From Candidatus Latescibacterota bacterium (GTDB lineage Bacteria > Latescibacterota > UBA2968 > UBA8231): a DNA stretch of 64,000 nt. The position numbers and the translations under genes are program-made. The stretch covers positions 5,600,001-5,664,000 of the forward strand of contig CBDETY010000003.1 in the NCBI GenBank assembly GCA_965243025.1, in the 5' to 3' direction. Shown here piece after piece: positions 9,465 to 18,976 of the stretch (position 1 is its first letter; each line of letters begins with the position of its first letter). Under the pieces are notes generated by a model that saw nothing but the letters and a program-made list of their open reading frames with translations, ran no database searches and was not told where the DNA came from.

Positions 9465-9932
9465 ATGACTGAAAAAGCGATGTTCGGAGCTGGCTGTTTC
9501 TGGGGGGTGGAGGCCGCCTTCCTCGAGGTTCCCGGGGTGGCCGACGTCGCCTCGGGCTATTCCGGAGGCCGCACCGACAACCCGACCTACCGGCAGGTGT
9601 GCAGCGACACCACCGGCCACGCCGAGGTGGTCGAGATCGACTTCGACCCTGGGAAGGTCTCCTACGAGCGGCTCGTCGAGATCTTCTTCGGCATCCACGA
9701 TCCCACCACCCTGAACCGGCAGGGGCCGGACTTCGGCTCGCAGTACCGCTCCGCCATCTTCTACCGCACCCCGGAGCAGCGGGAGGCGGCCGAACGGGTG
9801 AAGGCGGAGCAGGAGGCTTCCGGCCGGCACGGCCGCCCCATCGTCACCGAGGTGACCGCGGCAGGCCAGTTCTTCCGCGCCGAGGAGTACCACCAGCGCT
9901 ACTTCCAGCGGCGCGGGATCGCCCACCATTAG
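9465..9932 (+). CDS. msrA: Peptide-methionine (S)-S-oxide reductase
   Basis: GAGCFWGVE, GHAEVV, AEEYHQRY. Confidence 0.96.
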   Translation: MTEKAMFGAGCFWGVEAAFLEVPGVADVASGYSGGRTDNPTYRQVCSDTTGHAEVVEIDFDPGKVSYERLVEIFFGIHDPTTLNRQGPDFGSQYRSAIFYRTPEQREAAERVKAEQEASGRHGRPIVTEVTAAGQFFRAEEYHQRYFQRRGIAHH

Positions 9933-9972
9933 AAAACAGCTGGACCGCCATTTCCATCAGATCGGAGCGGCA

Positions 9973-11256
9973 GTGAACGACAAATCCAGGGCGCTGTACG
10001 AACGCGCGACCAGCCTGATCCCGGGCGGCGTAAACAGCCCGGTGCGGGCTTTCAAGGCGGTCGGCGGAGATCCCCTCTTCATCCGCGAGGCGGACGGCCC
10101 GTACGTCGTCGACGCCGACGGCAGGCGCTACATCGACTACGTCGGCTCCTGGGGGCCGATGATCCTCGGGCACCGGCCGCCGGCCGTCATCGAGGCGCTC
10201 GGGGAGGTGCTCGGGCGCGGCACCAGCTTCGGGGCCCCGACCGACATCGAGGTGGAGCTGGCCGCCCTGATCGCCGGGGTGGTGCCGTCGGTGGAGAAGG
10301 TGCGCATGGTCAACTCCGGCACCGAGGCATGCATGACGGCCGTCCGCCTCGCCCGCGGCTTCACCGGGCGCGACGCGGTGCTGAAGTTCAACGGCTGCTA
10401 CCACGGCCACTCCGACAGCCTGCTGGTCGACGCCGGCAGCGGGGTCGCCACCTTCGGCATCGCCGGCAGCCCCGGAGTCCCGTCCGATATCGCCCGCCTC
10501 ACCGCCAGCATCGAGTTCAACGACCTCGACCTCCTGGCGAAATCGATCGCAAGCCTCGGCCCCGGCAACGTCGCCGCGGTGATCCTCGAGCCGGTGCCGG
10601 GAAACATGGGACTGGTGCTGCCGCGGCCCGGCTTCCTGCGGGGGGTGCGCGACCTGTGCAGCGAGCACGGCATCCTGCTGATCTTCGACGAGGTGATGAC
10701 GGGGTTCCGCGTCGGACTGGGCGGCGCCCAGGAGCGCTTCGGGGTCATGCCCGACCTGTGCACTTTTTCCAAGGTCATCGGGGGCGGCCTGCCGGTCGGC
10801 GCCTTCGGGGGCAGGGCCGACATCATGGACGCGCTGGCCCCTGCAGGCCCGGTGTATCAGGCCGGCACCCTGTCGGGGAATCCCCTCGCCATGACCGCGG
10901 GGCTGGCGACCTTGCGCTGCCTGCGCGACGAGGACCCCTACCCCGAGCTGGAGGAGCGCGGCGCCCAGTGGGTCGCCGGCATGAGGGAAGCGGCGGCCGC
11001 CGCCGGCGTCGAGGCCGTGGTCGATCACTGCGGCTCGATGGTCGGCCTGTTCTTCACCCCGGGCCCGGTCGTCAACTACGCCGACGTCCAGCGCGCCGAC
11101 ACCGGGCTGTTCCAGCGCTGGTTCCGCGGCATGCTGGAGGAGGGGATCTACATCGCCCCCTCCGCCTTCGAGGTCGGGTTCATATCGACGACACACACCT
11201 CCGAGCTGGTGGAGGAAACCGTCGCCGCGGCCGGCCGCGTGCTGTCGCGGCTGTAG
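9973..11256 (+). CDS. hemL: Glutamate-1-semialdehyde 2,1-aminomutase
   Basis: PGGVNSPVRAF, NSGTEA, FDEVMTGFR, YQAGTLSGNP. Confidence 0.97.
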   Translation: MNDKSRALYERATSLIPGGVNSPVRAFKAVGGDPLFIREADGPYVVDADGRRYIDYVGSWGPMILGHRPPAVIEALGEVLGRGTSFGAPTDIEVELAALIAGVVPSVEKVRMVNSGTEACMTAVRLARGFTGRDAVLKFNGCYHGHSDSLLVDAGSGVATFGIAGSPGVPSDIARLTASIEFNDLDLLAKSIASLGPGNVAAVILEPVPGNMGLVLPRPGFLRGVRDLCSEHGILLIFDEVMTGFRVGLGGAQERFGVMPDLCTFSKVIGGGLPVGAFGGRADIMDALAPAGPVYQAGTLSGNPLAMTAGLATLRCLRDEDPYPELEERGAQWVAGMREAAAAAGVEAVVDHCGSMVGLFFTPGPVVNYADVQRADTGLFQRWFRGMLEEGIYIAPSAFEVGFISTTHTSELVEETVAAAGRVLSRL

Positions 11257-11294
11257 CCGGTACTCAACAAGCCTTCTGCGCCAGGGTTCTACGA

Positions 11295-11402
11295 CATAGG
11301 GAAACCAGAGGTTGCCCTATGCTCCGGTGGAGAAAGACCGCTGGGGATTATTTCCTGACAGGAAATTACCCCATTGACGTTAATTATCTAATAGATGATT
11401 TT
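11295..11402 (+). promoter_or_regulatory. TA promoter region with three palindromes and a TTGACG hexamer
   Basis: CATAGGG..CCCTATG 11295-11321; ATTTCCTG-A-CAGGAAAT 11350-11366; TTGACG 11374-11379; ATCTA-A-TAGAT 11386-11396. Confidence 0.55.
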
Positions 11403-11407
11403 TCTTC

Positions 11408-11665
11408 ATGTTCAAAGTCATGATCACCAAAGAAGCAAGGCGGCGACTACGAGCGATTCCTTCCAACTTGGAGAGAACCATAATCGACAAAATCAGTAAC
11501 CTTGCAGCGGATCCTTTCGCTCCAAACAACAACATTACCGCTTTGAAGGGCACCGCTGGCTACAGGCTGAGAGTGGGCGATTGGCGGGTGCTTTACACAC
11601 TCGATGCAGCAGCCCGAACGATGACAGTTGCGGCTATCCTACCCCGAGGAGAAGCATACCGATGA
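11408..11665 (+). CDS. Type II TA toxin, RelE/ParE family
   Basis: LKGTAGYRLRVGDWRVLY...ILPRGEAYR. Confidence 0.92.
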   Translation: MFKVMITKEARRRLRAIPSNLERTIIDKISNLAADPFAPNNNITALKGTAGYRLRVGDWRVLYTLDAAARTMTVAAILPRGEAYR

Positions 11666-12033
11666 CCCGTGCCACAATTCAGACCCTCTCTCTGGCAGGT
11701 GAAGAGTTCGCCGTTGTCCCGCTTGCAGAGTACGAGGCATTGAGAAATCTCGCTGAGGAGGATGCCGTGGATTCCGCCATTATTCAGCGCATTCTCGAAG
11801 ATCCCGATCAGGAACTCGTGCCCTTCGAGTTGTCCAAGCGCCTCGCGGACGGCGAACATCCGGTTCGCGTATGGCGGGAACACCGCGGCTTGAAGGCCAG
11901 CGAGCTTGCCGCCAGCGCTGGCGTGCCGGCCTCCTATCTGTCGGATATCGAGAAGGGGAAGAAACCCGGTTCGGTCAATGCACTGAAGCGCTTGGCTGCC
12001 GCGCTCAACGTGACTGTGGATGACCTGATCTGA
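11662..12033 (+). CDS. XRE-family HTH antitoxin (toxin-first, HigBA-like order)
   Basis: AVVPLAEYEAL N-terminus; C-terminal HTH SYLSDIEKGKKPGS; ATGA overlap. Confidence 0.88.
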   Translation: MTRATIQTLSLAGEEFAVVPLAEYEALRNLAEEDAVDSAIIQRILEDPDQELVPFELSKRLADGEHPVRVWREHRGLKASELAASAGVPASYLSDIEKGKKPGSVNALKRLAAALNVTVDDLI

Positions 12034-12364
12034 TGGTGAACCCCGTCGCCGCGGCCCGCCGCGTGATGTCGCGGCTGTAGCCGGGTTCCACCCGCGGCGT
12101 GCGAGCCCCCTTTGCGCTTCGGAACCTGTCAACCGCTCGCCAGTCAAAGGGGCAGCGCGGCGGTTGGTCCGTGAACGGGCGACGCGGCCTGCGATTTGCC
12201 TGACCAGCGCCGCGGCCATACGTTTCCACACAGCTTCAAAGCTCACCTGCCCAATCCTTCCGCGATTTCCAGCGTCACCTCTCGGCTTCAATCCTGCCTG
12301 CTTTGGTGGTATCACCCGAGGTTGCGTCGCCGTTTATCCCGGGTCCACTGAAACAGGAGTCATC

Positions 12365-13612
12365 ATGCATTCCCATCAGTTCGAAGAGCTCTCACTGAGC
12401 AAGCCCATTCTCCGCGCTCTCACGGAGGAGGGGTATGAACAACCCACCCCCATTCAGCGCGCCGCCATACCGGAAGTGCTCGACGGCAACGACGTTCTCG
12501 CCGCCGCCCAGACCGGCACCGGAAAAACCGCCGCCTTCACGCTGCCGATGCTCCAGCGGCTGCAGGCGCGGATGAACGGCAACAGGCCGGTCCGCGGCCT
12601 GATCCTGACGCCGACGCGAGAGCTGGCCCTTCAGGTCGCCGGGAGTCTGAGCGACTACGGCCGCCATCTGCCGCTGCGCGCAACCGTCCTGCTCGGCGGC
12701 GTCTCCGCCGGACCGCAGATTGCCGCCCTGCGCAAGAGACCCGACATCGTCGTCGCGACGCCGGGACGGCTGCTCGATCTGTACCGGCAGCGCGAGGTCA
12801 AGCTCGATGCAGTGGAAGTTCTCGTCCTCGACGAGGCGGACCGCATGCTCGACATGGGGTTTGCGCCCGACGTCCGCCGCATTGTCTCGGCGACGCCGCG
12901 AAAGCGCCAGACGCTGCTTTTTTCGGCGACCCTGTCCGCGGAGATCGCCAAGCTCTCCGGCGACATGATGCGCGATCCGTCCCGCATCGAAGTCACCCCG
13001 GCCGCTTCGGTTCCGGAGCTGATCGATCAGAAGGTTTTCTTCGTTGCCCAGGAGCACAAGCGCAACCTGCTGACCGCGGTTCTCAAGGACGAGAAGACAG
13101 AACGGGCCCTGGTTTTTACGCGCACGAAACACCGCGCCAACCGCCTGACCAGGCAGCTGCGCAATGGGGGCATCGGAGTCGAGGTCATGCACTCGAACAA
13201 GGGCCAAGGGGCCCGGCAGGCGGCGCTCGAGGCGTTCGACCGCGGCCGGGTCAAGGTTCTGGTCGCAACCGACATCGCCGCCCGCGGGATCGACGTAGAG
13301 GCCATTTCGCACGTGATCAACTACGAGATGCCCGTCGACCCGGAAAGTTATGTGCACCGCATCGGCCGCACCGCCCGCGCCGGGTGCATCGGGATGGCGA
13401 TGTCGTTCTGCAACGCCGAAGAGGTCGGCCTGATCAAGGGCATCGAACGGCTTACCCGCTCCCGGCTGGTTGCGGAAAACGACCACCCCTTTCACTCTGC
13501 CGCTATTGCTGCGCTGCGGCCCGGCACGGCGCCTGAACCGGCGCGGACCGAACGACCGGAACCCCCCAGGCAATTCGGCCGCCGCGCCAGGAAAGCTACC
13601 CCCCGCCGGTAG
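12365..13612 (+). CDS. rhlE: DEAD-box RNA helicase, RhlE-like
   Basis: Q motif, AQTGTGKT, PTRELA, DEAD, SAT, HRIGRTAR; AGGAG RBS. Confidence 0.9.
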   Translation: MHSHQFEELSLSKPILRALTEEGYEQPTPIQRAAIPEVLDGNDVLAAAQTGTGKTAAFTLPMLQRLQARMNGNRPVRGLILTPTRELALQVAGSLSDYGRHLPLRATVLLGGVSAGPQIAALRKRPDIVVATPGRLLDLYRQREVKLDAVEVLVLDEADRMLDMGFAPDVRRIVSATPRKRQTLLFSATLSAEIAKLSGDMMRDPSRIEVTPAASVPELIDQKVFFVAQEHKRNLLTAVLKDEKTERALVFTRTKHRANRLTRQLRNGGIGVEVMHSNKGQGARQAALEAFDRGRVKVLVATDIAARGIDVEAISHVINYEMPVDPESYVHRIGRTARAGCIGMAMSFCNAEEVGLIKGIERLTRSRLVAENDHPFHSAAIAALRPGTAPEPARTERPEPPRQFGRRARKATPRR

Positions 13613-13761
13613 GCGGTCTCCGGATTGCCCGACGATGAACCGTTCCCGCCTGCGCCGCATCTGGCCGGACCGCACCATGGGTTCTGCCGGCTGCACTCTC
13701 GGCAGGTGATTCTTCTACTGGATACATCCACATCTCAGACATCTCGGAAAGGACTGAACCG

Positions 13762-14319
13762 ATGAAGAAAACAGCACTTGCCCTGCTCGCCGCCCTCGCT
13801 CTCGCCGTGTCCGCCGAGGAGGGCGGCAAGATGCCGGACGAGGCAGAAGGCCAGATGCATCCCCCGTCCTACGTCGGCTCGCCGGAGCTCGAGCGCATGA
13901 AGGGGCTCGCCGGCAGCTGGGTGGTGACCGGAGGCATGCCGACGGGCAAGGGAGCCGAAGGAGAGGGGGAGATGACGGTCGGCACCGAGTACCGCGTCGC
14001 CGCCAACGGCAGCGTCGTCGTCGAGCGCAACTTCCCGGACACGCCGAAGGAGATGATCTCCGTGTACCACGACCGCGGCGGCAAGCTGTCGATGACCCAC
14101 TACTGCGCCATGGGCAACCAGCCGCAGATGACCCTCACCGGCTCGGAGGACGGGGTGCTGACCTTCGAGATGGTCAAGGGCTCCATCGAGTCGGAGGAGA
14201 TGCCGCACATGAACTCCCTGTCGATCGCCTTCGACGGGGACGAGATGTCCCAGTCCTGGACGATGTTCGACGGCAGCGGGCAGAAGACGCACACCATGAC
14301 CTTCCGCCGCGCCAGGTAG
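13762..14319 (+). CDS. Secreted conserved hypothetical protein
   Basis: Signal peptide MKKTALALLAALALAVSA; THYCAMGNQP motif. Confidence 0.8.
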   Translation: MKKTALALLAALALAVSAEEGGKMPDEAEGQMHPPSYVGSPELERMKGLAGSWVVTGGMPTGKGAEGEGEMTVGTEYRVAANGSVVVERNFPDTPKEMISVYHDRGGKLSMTHYCAMGNQPQMTLTGSEDGVLTFEMVKGSIESEEMPHMNSLSIAFDGDEMSQSWTMFDGSGQKTHTMTFRRAR

Positions 14320-14344
14320 ATCGGTGTAGCCCCGTTTAGATTGC

Positions 14345-14383
14345 ACCCGCCGCGACCGAAGCTTGCGTCGCGGCGGGTTTTTT
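14345..14383 (+). terminator. Rho-independent terminator
   Basis: ACCCGCCGCGAC/GTCGCGGCGGGT stem followed by a T run. Confidence 0.8.
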
Positions 14384-14398
14384 CATGTAATGCCCGTC

Positions 14399-15841
14399 AT
14401 GCCAGAGCGTCCGAACATCATCCTGATCATGACCGACCAGCAGCGCGGAGACTGCGTCGCCCGCGACCCGCATTCTCCCGCCCCGCTGCAGACGCCGAAC
14501 CTCGACTGGCTGGCGCGCTCGGGAGCGCACTTCCTGCACGCCTACGCCGAGTGCCCGAGCTGCATCCCGGCGCGGCGCTCGCTGATGTCGGGGATGGCCC
14601 CGGCCGCCAACGGCATGGTCGGCTTCCAGGTCGCCGAGTGGAACCCTCCCCACACCCTGGCCGGGGAGCTGTCGAAAGCAGGCTACCAGACCGAGATGAT
14701 CGGCAAGGCCCACCTCTTCCCGGCGCGCCGCCGCTACGGCTTCGACCGCATGCAGCTCGCCGACGCCACCAGGGGCCGCGAGAACGACTACGTCGACTGG
14801 CTGCGCGAGCGCCACGGCCGCTTCGAGGTCGACCCCGGCATGGCGCACGGCGTCTCCTCCAACGGCTGGGTCGGGCGGCCCCACCACCTGCCCGAGGAGC
14901 AGATGCACACCTTCTGGGTCATCGACCGCGCCATGGAGTTCCTGAAGAAGCGGGACCCGACGGCGCCCTTCTTCCTCAACCTCTCCTTCATCGATCCGCA
15001 TCCGCCGCTGACGCCGCCTGCGTTCCACTACCAGCGCTACATCGAGCGGGAGATCCCGGAGCCGGTTGTCGGGGACTGGGCCCCGCGGTTCGACGGGCCG
15101 CAGAGCGGGCTCGACCCCAACGCCTGGGAGATCCGTCTCGACGAGCAGCAGATGCGCTGTTCCCGGGCCGCCTACTACGGCATGGTCAACTTCATCGACG
15201 ACCAGATCGGCCGCCTCATCCAGTACACCAAGGGCCTCGACGACTGTCTCGTTATCTTCACCTCCGACCACGGCGAGATGCTTGGGGACCACAACCTCTT
15301 CCGCAAGACCTGGCCCTACGAGGCTTCGGCGCGGGTGCCGTTCATCCTCCGCGCCCCGGCTTCGTGGGAACTGCCCGGCGGGATTACTACCTCATCCCCG
15401 GTCGGCCTCCAGGACGTCATGCCGACCCTGCTCGACGCCGCCGGCCTGGAGGTTCCCTGCAACTGCACCGGCCGCAGCCTGCTGCCGGTGATCCGGGGGG
15501 AGGAGACCTCGGTGCGCGAGGTCCTTCACGGAGAGCACGCCGGCTGCTACGACTACGCCCACGGCAACCACTTCCTCACCGACGGCGGCCACAAGTACGT
15601 CTGGTACTCGCAGAGCGGGCGCGAGCACCTTTTCGATCTCGACGCCGACCCGCAGGAGGAGCGGGACCTGGCGCTTCTGCCCGACCGCGAGAGCCGGCTC
15701 GCCCCCTGGCGGACGCGGCTCGCCAAGGTTCTGCGGGACCGGCCGGAGGGGTTCGTCGAGGGAGGCCGCCTGGTTGCCGGGCGGCCGCACACGCACCTGA
15801 TTCCGGGGTACGACCCGGGAGAGACGCACGATTTCCTGTGA
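14399..15841 (+). CDS. Sulfatase (formylglycine-dependent)
   Basis: PNIILIMTDQQR, CIPAR (CxPxR), GKAH, FTSDHG. Confidence 0.94.
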   Translation: MPERPNIILIMTDQQRGDCVARDPHSPAPLQTPNLDWLARSGAHFLHAYAECPSCIPARRSLMSGMAPAANGMVGFQVAEWNPPHTLAGELSKAGYQTEMIGKAHLFPARRRYGFDRMQLADATRGRENDYVDWLRERHGRFEVDPGMAHGVSSNGWVGRPHHLPEEQMHTFWVIDRAMEFLKKRDPTAPFFLNLSFIDPHPPLTPPAFHYQRYIEREIPEPVVGDWAPRFDGPQSGLDPNAWEIRLDEQQMRCSRAAYYGMVNFIDDQIGRLIQYTKGLDDCLVIFTSDHGEMLGDHNLFRKTWPYEASARVPFILRAPASWELPGGITTSSPVGLQDVMPTLLDAAGLEVPCNCTGRSLLPVIRGEETSVREVLHGEHAGCYDYAHGNHFLTDGGHKYVWYSQSGREHLFDLDADPQEERDLALLPDRESRLAPWRTRLAKVLRDRPEGFVEGGRLVAGRPHTHLIPGYDPGETHDFL

Positions 15842-15920
15842 GCCGGCGCCGGGCCCGTTGGGGCAAACTGATTACAAGCTGGCTGAGGCCGAACGGGCAA
15901 CCTGAAGGGACGGGAACCGA

Positions 15921-17396
15921 ATGAGAGCGGTAATGGTGATGTTCGACTCGCTGAACCGGCACATGCTGCCGCCCTACGGCTGCGACTGGACGCATGCGCC
16001 GAACTTCCGGCGGCTCGCCGAGCGCACCGTCACCTTCGACAACAGCTGGATCTGCTCGATGCCCTGCATGCCGGCGCGGCGCGACCTGCACACCGGGCGC
16101 CCCAACTTCCTGCACCGCGCCTGGGGCCCGCTGGAGCCGTTCGACGACTCGGTGCCGCGGCTGCTGCGCGAAAACGGCGTCTCGTCGCACCTCGTCAGCG
16201 ACCACTACCACTACTGGGAAACCGGGGGCGCCACCTACCACACGCAGTACTCGACCTGGCAGTTCTTCCGCGGCCAGGAGGGGGACCCGTGGATGGGGCA
16301 GGCGGCCCCGGCTCCTCCAGGCACGGCCGCCGGCCAGAACGCCTCGGAGAGCGACTGGCACCGCCAGGACCGGGTAAACCGCGCCTTCATGCGCCGCGAG
16401 CAGGACCAGCCGCAGTCGCGGACCTTCGCCGCCGGCATCGACTTCCTGCGCCGCAACAGCGGCGACGACGACTGGTTCCTCCAGATCGAGACCTTCGACC
16501 CGCACGAGCCGTTCTTCACGCAGCGGCACTACCGCGACCTCTACCCCGAGCTGATCGGCGACCGCAAGGCGCCGCTGTTCGACTGGCCGAAGTACGGCCC
16601 GGTGACCGAGTCCCGGGAGCTGGTCGACCAGTGCCGGGGGCGCTACGCGGCGCTGCTGAGCATGTGCGACGCCCGCCTCGGGGACGTGCTCGACGAGATG
16701 GACCGCCTCGGGATGTGGGAGGACACCATGCTCGTCGTCTGGACCGACCACGGCTTTCTCCTGGGGGAGCGCGACCTCTGGGCCAAGGGGCAGATGCCGT
16801 GGTACCGCGAGCACGCCAACACCCCGTTCTTCGTCTGGGACCCCCGGTGCGGAAGGAGCGGCGAGCGCCGCTCGTCGCTGGTGCAGCCGTCGATAGACCT
16901 GGGGCCGACCCTGCTCGACCTGTTCGGCCTCGAGCCCACCCCCGACATGCTCGGGCGGCCGCTTGCCGGCGTCGTCGACGGCGACCGCCCGGTCAGGGAG
17001 GCCGCCCTCTTCGGGGTTCACGGCGGGCATGTCAACGTCACCGACGGCCGCCGCGTGTACATGCGCGCCGCCGCCACCGATGACAACGGCCCGCTCTTCA
17101 ACTACACCCTGATGCCCGCCCACATGCGCGACATGTTCCCGGTGGAAGAGCTCGCCGGTGTGGACCTGGCGCCCCCGTTCTCCTTCACCAAGGGATGCCG
17201 GCCGATGCGCACCCCCTGCCTGAAGCCGCCCCCGTCGATCAGCTTCGAGACGCTGCTCTTCGACCTCGAAAGCGACGAGTGGCAGCGGCGGCCCCTCACC
17301 GATGCCGGGATGGAGGATCGCATGTCCGGCCTGATGCGGGAGCTGATGCGGGAATGCGACGCGCCGGGCGAGCAGTACGAACGCCTCGGGCTGTAG
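15921..17396 (+). CDS. Sulfatase (formylglycine-dependent)
   Basis: MFDSLNRH, CMPARR, FDPHEP, WTDHG. Confidence 0.94.
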   Translation: MRAVMVMFDSLNRHMLPPYGCDWTHAPNFRRLAERTVTFDNSWICSMPCMPARRDLHTGRPNFLHRAWGPLEPFDDSVPRLLRENGVSSHLVSDHYHYWETGGATYHTQYSTWQFFRGQEGDPWMGQAAPAPPGTAAGQNASESDWHRQDRVNRAFMRREQDQPQSRTFAAGIDFLRRNSGDDDWFLQIETFDPHEPFFTQRHYRDLYPELIGDRKAPLFDWPKYGPVTESRELVDQCRGRYAALLSMCDARLGDVLDEMDRLGMWEDTMLVVWTDHGFLLGERDLWAKGQMPWYREHANTPFFVWDPRCGRSGERRSSLVQPSIDLGPTLLDLFGLEPTPDMLGRPLAGVVDGDRPVREAALFGVHGGHVNVTDGRRVYMRAAATDDNGPLFNYTLMPAHMRDMFPVEELAGVDLAPPFSFTKGCRPMRTPCLKPPPSISFETLLFDLESDEWQRRPLTDAGMEDRMSGLMRELMRECDAPGEQYERLGL

Positions 17397-17411
17397 GGTC
17401 CCCGTTTTCCC

Positions 17412-17603
17412 GTGATCGACACTCTCGTCAGCTACATCGAGCGCCTGACGCGCAGCGACGCCTTCGAGATCGTCGCCGCCGTCGCCGTGCTCCTCGTCTG
17501 GTGGTTCGCCACCAGGGTGCGGCGCGCCCTGCGCCTGCTCGAAGGCGAGGACCCTTCCGGCCCGAAGGAGCCGCGCCCGCGCCGGCGCCTGCCCCTCTCC
17601 TGA
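17412..17603 (+). CDS. Small single-TM hypothetical protein
   Basis: Hydrophobic IVAAVAVLLVWWFA; host-like codon use; fills gap between genes. Confidence 0.55.
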   Translation: MIDTLVSYIERLTRSDAFEIVAAVAVLLVWWFATRVRRALRLLEGEDPSGPKEPRPRRRLPLS

Positions 17604-17621
17604 AACCCGCGGGTTCCCCGA

Positions 17622-18842
17622 ATGGAACAGGACCGGATTCGCGAGCGCCTGGAGGCGATGTCGGACCGCGAGCTGCTTCTCGCCGCGACCCTGCGCCGCG
17701 GGGAGAACAGCCCCCGGTTCCAAGAGGAGGCGCTGCGCCATCTCGAGCGCCGCGGCATCGACCTCGCCGAGATCACCGGCCGCGCCCGCGTCCGCGCCGA
17801 CGACGGCGAGGCCCAGACCCTCCCGGCCGGGAAGGCGGTCGAACTCCTCGGCCACGCCGAACCCTGGCAGACCCTGTCGTTCGCCAGCTGCATCGGCGAC
17901 AGCCTGCTGGTGCAGCGCGAGCCGCGGCAGTGGTGGTGCCACTTCTACGAGGGAGACACCTACCGCGGCTCCTTCCGCCGCGGCGACGCCGGGGGGGTCG
18001 CCGGGGTCCTCGCCCCCTTCCTGAGCCTCGAGCCCTGGGAGGGTGAAGCCGGCGAGCTGCACCGGCTCGACGACTGGCGTCTGCTCATCGATTCCGACGC
18101 CGTCGATTTCATCGAGTCGATCGCCCTCGACCTCGGCGAGGCCGGGATCCCGCACACCGTGAGGACGCCGCTGTTCGCCGGAGGAGGGGGGGGTAAAGAT
18201 GTAGAAGAAGAGGAGGAGGAGGTGTACGCCGTCCTGGTGCCCCGGCAGCATTTCGGCGAGGCCTGCGACGCCATCGAGGAGGTGGAGGAGACCGTCGTCG
18301 ACCTCTACGCCGAGGCGGAGGAGCTGGCGGCACGGGGAAACCTCGCCGCCGAACTGGAGGTGTACGACCAACTCGTCGAGACCGACCCGGAGAACCACGC
18401 GGTGTTCTACAACCGCGGCCACATCCTCCTCGAGCTCGGGCGCCGGGAGGAGGCGGCCGCGGCCCTGATCGAGGCGGTCTCCCTCGGCATGCAACAGGTC
18501 GACAAGTCGCTGCAGCCGGAAGAGAGGGGAGCGGCTGGAATCGGCGGTCTGGCCGGGCTGCTGGCGTTCCTGCTGCGCCGCGAGGTCGCCGCCCCGTCGG
18601 CGCCCGGCTATCCCGACTTCATCGACGACAGCGAGATGCTGCTGGAGCGCCTGCTGGAGAGGCTTCCCGACAGCGTCGAGATCCTGCACTGCCTGGCCTC
18701 GATCGCCCGCCTCAAGAACCGCAGGGAGGCTGCCGAGGCCTGCTACCGGCGGGTCCTGGAGATCGATCCGGACGACAAGGTCGCCTGGTTCAACCTCGGC
18801 TACATGCACTCGGAAAAGGGAGGGGACGCGACCCCGGGCTGA
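17622..18842 (+). CDS. Tetratricopeptide-repeat protein
   Basis: DPENHAVFYNRG, DPDDKVAWFNLG TPR signatures. Confidence 0.82.
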   Translation: MEQDRIRERLEAMSDRELLLAATLRRGENSPRFQEEALRHLERRGIDLAEITGRARVRADDGEAQTLPAGKAVELLGHAEPWQTLSFASCIGDSLLVQREPRQWWCHFYEGDTYRGSFRRGDAGGVAGVLAPFLSLEPWEGEAGELHRLDDWRLLIDSDAVDFIESIALDLGEAGIPHTVRTPLFAGGGGGKDVEEEEEEVYAVLVPRQHFGEACDAIEEVEETVVDLYAEAEELAARGNLAAELEVYDQLVETDPENHAVFYNRGHILLELGRREEAAAALIEAVSLGMQQVDKSLQPEERGAAGIGGLAGLLAFLLRREVAAPSAPGYPDFIDDSEMLLERLLERLPDSVEILHCLASIARLKNRREAAEACYRRVLEIDPDDKVAWFNLGYMHSEKGGDATPG

Positions 18843-18976
18843 TGTTGCCGCCCGTCGCGGCGGGCCGTACCGTTAGCAGCCCGTTGATCGGGCTGCCCTG
18901 CAGGCGAGGTTGCCCATGGCAGCCGCGGCCCGGATGGGCTGTTTCAACGGGCTGTCGACCCGGGAGGAATCCAGAC

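Larger units (their letters stand above)
11219..12084. mobile_element. TA mini-island bounded by a 42-bp direct repeat of the hemL 3' end
   Basis: 11219-11260 vs 12043-12084, 40/42 identical; lower-GC interior. Confidence 0.75.

Noticed and set aside
9465-9932. Selenocysteine MsrA
   Set aside because: The active site is encoded by TGT (GCFWG); ordinary Cys form.
15576-18809. Long antisense ORFs (1077 aa here; also 24301-27585, 43084-45957, 48311-50218)
   Set aside because: Shadow ORFs of real genes, expected at high GC; no recognisable motifs.
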